Shown here piece by piece: positions 57,662-64,000 of a DNA stretch of 64,000 nt (position 1 is its first letter; every line of letters starts with the position of its first letter). Under the pieces are notes generated by a model. That model was not told where the DNA came from. It was given only the letters and a program-made list of their open reading frames with translations, and did not search any database. The position numbers were made by a program, and so were the translations under genes. Source of the stretch: an uncultured Acidobacteriota bacterium (GTDB lineage: Bacteria; Acidobacteriota; UBA6911); NCBI GenBank assembly GCA_964481255.1, contig CAYZTZ010000001.1, positions 38,236-102,235 on the forward strand, given 5' to 3'.

Positions 57662-58495
57662 ATGCTTCATGTAGCGGCGGGATCGAGGGTGGCTTTTCAG
57701 GGCGAGCCGGGGGCTTTCAGCCATCGCGCGGTGCGCAAGATATTCGGCCCGGCGATCCGGCCTGTTCCCTGTCGCGCCTTTGAAGATGTTTTCGAAGCGG
57801 TGGCGGAGAAAACCGCCGGATTCGCCGTAATCCCCATCGAGAACTCCCTGGCGGGGAGCATTCACCAGAATTTCGACCTTCTTGCCAAGCATTCGCTCGA
57901 GGTGGTCGCGGAAACCTACCTGCGTGTCGAACATAGCCTGATAGCGCACAGGGGTGTCAGCCTGCGCGGAATCCGGCAGATTTATTCGCATCCGGCGGCC
58001 ATGGAGCAGTGCCAGCGCCTGCTCCGGCGGCTCAGATCTGTAGAGAAGGTTTCCTTCTACGATACGGCGGGCAGCGTCAAATTCATCCGGGACAAGGGGC
58101 TCAGGCATGCGGCGGCCATCGCGAACGAGGAGGCCGCGAGGATTTACGGCATGAAGATCCTGCGCCGGGGAGTCGAGGACGACCCGGAGAACTACACCCG
58201 CTTTCTGGCCTTGGCGCGCCGGGGAATATTCCCGCGCGGCGGAGCCAAAACCAGCATCGTCTTCGGGCTGGAGGATGAGCCGGGCGTGCTCTTCAAAGCC
58301 TTGTCGGTTTTCGCTTTACGGAATATCGATCTGACCAAGATCGAGTCGCGCCCGATCCGCGGAAAGCCCTGGGAGTATCTTTTCTATCTGGATTTCCGCA
58401 GCGACATACGCAGCCGTGAATGCATCAACGCCCTCAGGCATCTCCGCGAGCTGGCGCCCTACCTGAAGATCCTCGGCTCCTATCCGACACTATAG
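57662..58495 (+). CDS. pheA: prephenate dehydratase (PDT + ACT domains)
   Basis: It has a PDT domain (VAFQGEPGAFSH ... ESRP) and a C-terminal ACT domain (TSIVFGLEDEPGVLFKALSVFALRNIDLTKIESRP). Confidence 0.9.
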   Translation: MLHVAAGSRVAFQGEPGAFSHRAVRKIFGPAIRPVPCRAFEDVFEAVAEKTAGFAVIPIENSLAGSIHQNFDLLAKHSLEVVAETYLRVEHSLIAHRGVSLRGIRQIYSHPAAMEQCQRLLRRLRSVEKVSFYDTAGSVKFIRDKGLRHAAAIANEEAARIYGMKILRRGVEDDPENYTRFLALARRGIFPRGGAKTSIVFGLEDEPGVLFKALSVFALRNIDLTKIESRPIRGKPWEYLFYLDFRSDIRSRECINALRHLRELAPYLKILGSYPTL

Positions 58496-58861
58496 ATCCG
58501 CCTAAGGTCATGGGAAATCGTCCGCGGCCGCGCGGACCAGTATCGCGGCTCAACCGGCAGCGAAGATGATTCGGAGGCCCGGAGCGCTGCTTTGCTCCAC
58601 AAAAGGTTTAAAATGAATACATTCGACCCCGCCCGGGAGAGTGCCCGGCAACAGCCCTTGGGAGTGGTCGAGGGAAAGCTGCGTGGATCGATATCCGCCT
58701 TCTTCCTTTGAATCGGCGTCTTTGCAGACGGCTTTCATCCTGAAGGAGTTCCGTTGCCCATTCCATCGTCATTTCCCCTGGCAGCAGGTGATGAGTTTTC
58801 AGCCTGATCTTTGCCTTCGTCATGTTACAATCTGCGGTTTGAATCGGACGGGGAGAGACTT

Positions 58862-59923
58862 ATGGTGCGCGCGGTCATAGCCGGAAGCGGCTCCTGCATT
58901 CCGCCGAACCGGGTTACCAATGCCATGCTATCCAGAATAATGGATGCCGGCGACGATTGGATCCGGGAGCGCAGCGGGGTGGAAACGCGCTATTATGTGG
59001 ACGAAGGCACCGCGACATCCGACCTCGGGGCCGCCGCCTCCGCAGCAGCACTTGAGGCCGCCGGCGTGGACAAGGACGCTCTGGACCTGATTGTCTTCGC
59101 CACCATGACCCCCGACTATTTTTTCCCGGGAAGCGGCGCGCTTCTCCAGGCCAAGCTGGGTATCAGGGGGGTCCCCTGTTTCGACATACGCCAGCAATGC
59201 GCCGGATTTCTATACGGCCTGCAGCTGGCGGATGCGCACATCCGTTCAGGCCTGGCCGAGACCGTGCTGCTCGTCGGGGCCGAGACGCACACGGGCTTCA
59301 TGCCCTGGAGCGCGGAGAATTACAATTATCTTTACGGCAGGACGGAGACACCCCCGACCCCCGAGGAATATGCCTGGAATACGCGTTTCCGGAACGTGAC
59401 CGTGCTGTTCGGCGACGCCGGGGCCGCCGTTGTCCTGAGGGCGGAAGATAGCGAGCGCGGCGTCCTCGACAGCATCCTGCGCACCGACGGAAGCGATTAC
59501 GATAAGATTTATGTTCCGGGCGCGGGTTTCAAGCATCGGCCTTATGTGGACGCCGAACAGTTAAAGAGAGGGGATCACATCCCCGTCATGAACGGGATGT
59601 CGGTCTACAGAAACGCCGCCAACTGCATGGCCGACGTCACGAGGGAGATCCTGGAACGAAACAACCTGAAACTTCAGGATATTTCCCTGGTCCTGATGCA
59701 TCAGGCCAACAAGCGCATCAACGAGCGCATCCAGAGGATGCTGGCCATACCCGACGACAAAGTGATCCACAATATTCACAAATACGGCAACACGACGGCG
59801 GCGACCATCCCGTTGCTCTGGGACGAAGCCGCACGCTCGGGCCGAATCAAGCCCGGCGATCTGGTTCTCATGGTCGCCTTCGGGGCGGGGATGAACTGGG
59901 GCGCCGTGCTGCTGCGCGCCTGA
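58862..59923 (+). CDS. 3-oxoacyl-ACP synthase III family protein (FabH-like KAS III, long variant)
   Basis: It has the Cys-His-Asn triad context (QQCAGFLYGL, LMHQAN, YGNTTAATIPL). A roughly 30 aa insertion makes it 353 aa. Confidence 0.75.
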   Translation: MVRAVIAGSGSCIPPNRVTNAMLSRIMDAGDDWIRERSGVETRYYVDEGTATSDLGAAASAAALEAAGVDKDALDLIVFATMTPDYFFPGSGALLQAKLGIRGVPCFDIRQQCAGFLYGLQLADAHIRSGLAETVLLVGAETHTGFMPWSAENYNYLYGRTETPPTPEEYAWNTRFRNVTVLFGDAGAAVVLRAEDSERGVLDSILRTDGSDYDKIYVPGAGFKHRPYVDAEQLKRGDHIPVMNGMSVYRNAANCMADVTREILERNNLKLQDISLVLMHQANKRINERIQRMLAIPDDKVIHNIHKYGNTTAATIPLLWDEAARSGRIKPGDLVLMVAFGAGMNWGAVLLRA

Positions 59924-59995
59924 GCCGGACGCCCGGGCGGTGATCCGGCCGGGCCCGGATTGACGGCGGCTCTTGATTTGTGAGGCTTCGTGAAT

Positions 59996-61654
59996 ATGCC
60001 CAAGGGACTGGATAAAGAGACTCTTGATTTGACGCTGGAATCCTTGAAGGACTTCACCGCTTCCAGGCTGCCGGACAAGAAAATTCTGGAGCTGGACGCG
60101 ACGGAGGAATTCCCTTCGGATATCGTGCGGGAAATGTGCGGCTCCGTGTTGGGGATTCAGCTCCTGTTCATACCCGAGGAGTTTGAGGGCATGGGGGGAG
60201 GAGCCTTCGATGTTTACAGGGTTTGCGAGGAGCTGGCGCGGGTGGACCTGGGCGTGGCCACCGGCGTGCTGGCCACTTTCCTGGGAAGCGATCCGATCAT
60301 TTTCGGAGGCACATACGAGCAGAAGAAGCTGTGGATGACGCGCATCGGCCAGGAAGGACTCCTTATGGCCTATGGGGCGACCGAGCCGGAGGCCGGCAGC
60401 GATCTGGCGGCTCTGCGAACGGTCGCCGAACCCGTCATGAAAGACGGCAAGGTCGAGGGCTACAGGATAACCGGGAACAAACAGTGGATCAGCAACGGCG
60501 GCTACGCGGACCTGTATTGCGTTCTCGCGCGTGCGCCCGGCGGGCCGAGCTGGTTCGTCGTCGAAAAGGGAGCACCGGGACTCAGTCACGGCAAGCCCGA
60601 AGACAAGCACGGAATCCGCGCCAGCAACACGGCCACCGTATCCCTCGAAGGGGTCTATGTGGACGCCGACCGTCTGGTCGGCGGGAAAGAGGGACAGGGA
60701 TTAGTCCAGGCACAGTTGGTGTTCGGATATACGCGGCTCATGGTCGCCGCCTTCGGTCTGGGCGCCGGCTGGGCGGCCCTCGACCGGGCCATCCCGTATT
60801 CCATGGGACGCATTCAGGGAGGGGCGCCTCTTTCCGAAAAGCAGGGATACACGCACAAGCTTATCGTGCCTCATGCCGTGCGGCTGGAAACCGCCAGGGC
60901 CTTTATTGAAGAGACGGCCGAACGCATCGACAACGAGGAAGGGAACCTGAACACGGAAGGCGCCATCGCAAAATACCTCGCCACGGAAGCCGGCAATCTC
61001 GCGGCCGACGCCTCCATTCAGGCGCTCGGGGGGTACGGCTACACCCGGGAATATATGGTGGAGAAGATCAAGCGCGACGCCCGCATCACCACCATCTATG
61101 AGGGGACGTCCGAGATAATGGAAATGACGATCTGCCGCGACCGCTGGCAGTCCCACCTCAAGACCCACGGCCGGTATTATCACGATCAAGCCCGGGAGAT
61201 GGAGGAACTCCATGGGCGGAGCCCGCATCTGGGAGCGCAAACCATAGCCTGCGGCCTGCACGCCCTTGCGGAACTGCTCGAGGCGGCAAGGGCGCAAAGG
61301 CTGACAAGGCATCAGCATATTCTGTTCAGGCTGGGAGAATGGATCGCCCATGCCGAAGGCGCCGCCAGTCTTGCGCGAAGGGCGGCCCGGGCGGCCCAGG
61401 GGAACCTGAATCCCAAAGCCCATTCGCGGTTTACTCCCGGGAGCCTGGCTGCCTTCAGCCGCATATCCGCCCGGGACTCGGCGATGAAGGTGGCTGCTGA
61501 AGGGATGCGATGGATCGGGGGCCTCCTCCCGGAGGCGGAGGCTTCGAAGCTGGAGCAGAAACTGTCGATGCAGGCGATACACCGCGCGCAGGCGGGATTG
61601 CTGCAGGATATGGACTATGCGGCCGACATCCTTTACGGAAGGGCCCGGTCCTAG
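59996..61654 (+). CDS. acyl-CoA dehydrogenase family protein (long form, about 550 aa)
   Basis: It has the ACAD N, middle and C domains ([15 protein letters not shown] ... [33 protein letters not shown]) plus a roughly 170 aa C-terminal extension. Confidence 0.8.
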   Translation: MPKGLDKETLDLTLESLKDFTASRLPDKKILELDATEEFPSDIVREMCGSVLGIQLLFIPEEFEGMGGGAFDVYRVCEELARVDLGVATGVLATFLGSDPIIFGGTYEQKKLWMTRIGQEGLLMAYGATEPEAGSDLAALRTVAEPVMKDGKVEGYRITGNKQWISNGGYADLYCVLARAPGGPSWFVVEKGAPGLSHGKPEDKHGIRASNTATVSLEGVYVDADRLVGGKEGQGLVQAQLVFGYTRLMVAAFGLGAGWAALDRAIPYSMGRIQGGAPLSEKQGYTHKLIVPHAVRLETARAFIEETAERIDNEEGNLNTEGAIAKYLATEAGNLAADASIQALGGYGYTREYMVEKIKRDARITTIYEGTSEIMEMTICRDRWQSHLKTHGRYYHDQAREMEELHGRSPHLGAQTIACGLHALAELLEAARAQRLTRHQHILFRLGEWIAHAEGAASLARRAARAAQGNLNPKAHSRFTPGSLAAFSRISARDSAMKVAAEGMRWIGGLLPEAEASKLEQKLSMQAIHRAQAGLLQDMDYAADILYGRARS

Positions 61655-61687
61655 AATTCCGCATGATTATTCGGAGGCGTTGAGAGA

Positions 61688-64000
61688 ATGAAAGTATCAG
61701 CGGCTGAAAAAGCGGTTGCGATTGTCGGAATTGGCTCCTTGATGCCGGACGCGCCCAACACGCCGAGATTCTGGCAGAACATCAGGGAAGGGCGCTACAG
61801 CATCACGGAAGTCCCTCTTGATCGCTGGGACGCGAACCTCTATTACGACCCTGATCCCAAAGCCCCGGATAAGACCTACACCAAGATCGGGGCATGGGTG
61901 CGGGAATGGGAATGGGACCCCCTGAAATGGAAACTGCCGATCCCGCCGCGGGTGAGCCAGGCCATGGACCTCACTCAAAAATTCGCCGTGATCACGGCGC
62001 GCGAGGCCCTGAGCGATTACGGCTATCCGTCGCGCGCGCTCAACGCCGAGCGCACAGCCGTAATCATCGGCAATGCGATGGCCGGCGACACCCATCTCTA
62101 TTCCGCCGCCCGCATATTGTTTCCGGAATTCGCCGAGGAACTGATCAAGTCTCCCGGCTATGCTTCTCTGCCCCCGGAAGTGCGGAAGGCGATCCTGGAA
62201 CAGTTCCACGAAGGCATTCGCCGCAGAACACCCTCCATCACCGAAGACACCATGCCCGGGGAACTGGCCAATATCATCGCCGGGCGCATCGCCGCCCTTT
62301 ACGACTTCAAGGGCCCGAATTTCGTCGCCGACGCCGCCTGCGCCTCGGCGATGGCGGCCATTTACGCGGCCGTGGAGGGACTGAACGACAACCACTACGA
62401 CGCCGTCCTTACAGGCGGAATCGACACGAACATGAGCCCCTCCACCTTCGTGAAGTTCTGCAAGATCGGTGCTCTTTCCGCGACGGGAAGCCGGCCTTAT
62501 GCCGAAGGCGCGGACGGTTTCGTCATGGGCGAAGGCGCGGTCGTCTTCCTCCTGAAGCGTCTGTCGGACGCCGAGCGCGACGGCGACAGGATCTACGCCG
62601 TCATCCGCGCCCTGGGAGGGTCCAGCGACGGCAAAGGGAAGGGCATCACCGCGCCCAATCCCGTGGGGCAGAAACTCTGCGTCCAGAGGGCCTGGAAAAA
62701 CGCTGAAGTCACTCTGTCCGCCGGAGACTATATTGAGGGGCACGGCACCTCGACGGCGGTGGGAGACGTCACGGAACTGGAGTGTCTCAACGAGGCGCTC
62801 AAGGAGTTCGGGCTGCCGGTCGCTTCCATCGCCCTCGGCTCGGTCAAATCCAACATCGGGCATCTTAAGGGCGCCGCCGGCGCCGCGGGAATGCTGAAGG
62901 CGGCGCTCGCCCTGCATCACAAGGAACTGCCTCCGAGCCTGAATTTTCAAAGGCCCAATCCCAATATCGATTTTTCCAAATCCCCTTTCTATGTCAACAC
63001 GGAGCTGAGACCGTGGGACGTTAAACCGGGCGGCGTGCGGCGCGCCGGAGTCAGCGCCTTCGGGTTCGGCGGGACCAATTTCCATATGGTCATGGAAGAA
63101 TATATCCCGGGGAGAATAGCAGGCGAGAGAAGAGCCCTCATTTCCATTGCGGAAACAGGACGCGGCGCGGACGAGCCCGCGGGCCTCAAAGCCCCGTTGC
63201 GCGGAGCGATGTTGCTGGGCGCCGATTCGGAAGGTGAGCTCCTGATCCGCCTGCGCAGGGTCCATCAGGAAGCCTCCTCCGGCAAGGCGCCCGCTGCGGC
63301 TCCCCCCCTGGAATCCGATCTTCGCGCGAAGTTCCGCCTGGCCATCGACTACGCGAACGCCTCCGAACTGGCCGACAAGGCGGGGAAGGCGATAAAGGCA
63401 TTTGAGGAAAACCAGCCCGGGAGATGGAAGGCGCTGCGCGCCAAAGGGATCTTTCTCGGAAAAGGACCCGTCCCCAAGGTCGCCTTCCTTTTCACCGGCC
63501 AGGGATCCCAATACGTCAACATGCTCGAGAATCTACGGGCCTCCGAACCCGTCGTCGCACGGACTTTCGAGGAAGCCGATCGCGTCATGACGCCGATTCT
63601 GGGCAGGACGCTGACAAGCTGCATTTACCAGGACGAAGTGGACGAAGCAGCCTTTGCGGCCGCGGAGGAGGGTTTAAAACAGACCGCCATCACTCAGCCC
63701 GCGGTCCTGACCGCCGAAATCGCTCTTGCCCGCCTGATCGGCGCTTACGGCATCCAGCCGGATATGGTTATGGGCCACAGCCTCGGCGAATACGGCGCGC
63801 TGGTCGCGGCCGGCTCGATCTCATTTGAAGAGGCGCTGAAGGCCGTGAGCGCCCGCGGCAATGAGATGACGCGGTGCGCTCTGGATGACAACGGGATGAT
63901 GGCCGCGGTTTTCGGGCCCATCGATAAGATCGACGGGATCCTGGGGACGGTCGACGACTATGTCGTCATCGCGAATATCAACAGCACCCGGGAAGCCGTC
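61688..64000 (+). CDS. PfaA-like type I polyketide / PUFA-type synthase, KS-AT didomain visible, 3' partial (runs off window)
   Basis: An ATG at 61688 opens a frame to the window end. The N-terminus resembles PUFA synthase PfaA (AIVGIGSLMPDAPNTPRFWQNIREGRYSITEVPLDRWDANLYYDPDPKAPDKTYTKIGAW). The KS has its active Cys (ADAACASAMAAIYAA) and HGTST; the AT domain has GHSLGEY. The ORF track missed this because no stop falls in the window. Confidence 0.85.
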   Translation, partial: MKVSAAEKAVAIVGIGSLMPDAPNTPRFWQNIREGRYSITEVPLDRWDANLYYDPDPKAPDKTYTKIGAWVREWEWDPLKWKLPIPPRVSQAMDLTQKFAVITAREALSDYGYPSRALNAERTAVIIGNAMAGDTHLYSAARILFPEFAEELIKSPGYASLPPEVRKAILEQFHEGIRRRTPSITEDTMPGELANIIAGRIAALYDFKGPNFVADAACASAMAAIYAAVEGLNDNHYDAVLTGGIDTNMSPSTFVKFCKIGALSATGSRPYAEGADGFVMGEGAVVFLLKRLSDAERDGDRIYAVIRALGGSSDGKGKGITAPNPVGQKLCVQRAWKNAEVTLSAGDYIEGHGTSTAVGDVTELECLNEALKEFGLPVASIALGSVKSNIGHLKGAAGAAGMLKAALALHHKELPPSLNFQRPNPNIDFSKSPFYVNTELRPWDVKPGGVRRAGVSAFGFGGTNFHMVMEEYIPGRIAGERRALISIAETGRGADEPAGLKAPLRGAMLLGADSEGELLIRLRRVHQEASSGKAPAAAPPLESDLRAKFRLAIDYANASELADKAGKAIKAFEENQPGRWKALRAKGIFLGKGPVPKVAFLFTGQGSQYVNMLENLRASEPVVARTFEEADRVMTPILGRTLTSCIYQDEVDEAAFAAAEEGLKQTAITQPAVLTAEIALARLIGAYGIQPDMVMGHSLGEYGALVAAGSISFEEALKAVSARGNEMTRCALDDNGMMAAVFGPIDKIDGILGTVDDYVVIANINSTREAV

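Noticed and set aside
61697-63511. A 604 aa minus-strand ORF, plus the 61894..62706 plus-strand ORF.
   Set aside because: Both overlap the PfaA-like KS-AT coding frame (the frame opened by the ATG at 61688), which contains the recognisable KS and AT motifs.
1-64000. CRISPR arrays, insertion sequences, integrases, prophage genes.
   Set aside because: No direct-repeat/spacer periodicity, transposase, integrase or phage structural gene was seen anywhere in the window.

Overview
This 64 kb window is high-GC (about 65%), gene-dense bacterial chromosome with no mobile elements, CRISPR arrays or integrases. The gene content (bacillithiol genes, a TonB-ExbB-ExbD-ExbD-TPR cluster, an MtrAB-like conduit, a PfaA-like PKS) suggests an Acidobacteria-like organism, but that is inference only.

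Most of the window is conserved housekeeping, in this order:
- nnr (C-terminal part)
- tsaE
- a possible bshC-bshB pair
- an EPS priming glycosyl-phosphotransferase, convergent with a heterodimeric ABC exporter plus two hypothetical secreted/membrane proteins
- mltG-ruvX
- a CtpA-like S41 peptidase
- tRNA-Val
- the universal thrS-infC-rpmI-rplT-pheS-pheT cluster, followed by a zapB-like gene and zapA
- ymdB
- uvrA
- tgt-yajC-secD-secF
- tonB-exbB-exbD-exbD-TPR
- rel, ridA, rpmB, a FabI-like reductase, recA
- RNase P RNA (rnpB)
- an LPS inner-core operon (lpxK-waaF-hldE kinase-hldE adenylyltransferase-waaC-DUF3108)
- argR-argC-argB-argD-(GNAT argA-like)-argJ
- leuA with a long leader
- pheA
- a lipid-type cluster (FabH-like KAS III, acyl-CoA dehydrogenase, PfaA-like KS-AT polyketide/PUFA-type synthase running off the 3' edge)

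The most interesting item is a two-gene porin-cytochrome module at 22288-25479 on the minus strand. It encodes a periplasmic decaheme c-type cytochrome (10 CXXCH motifs) translationally coupled to an MtrB/PioB-family outer-membrane beta-barrel of about 730 aa. It sits between ymdB and uvrA, has its own AT-rich promoter island, and has no adjacent outer-surface cytochrome or quinol-oxidase partner.

Secondary points worth a second look:
- an S41 peptidase homolog that lacks the catalytic lysine
- a candidate Leu-rich leader peptide and sigma70 promoter upstream of leuA
- a probable non-AUG start for infC
- perfect palindromes in a divergent promoter region
- a GC-rich repeat spacer between the two exbD genes

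Many long antisense ORFs in the track are artefacts of the high GC content.
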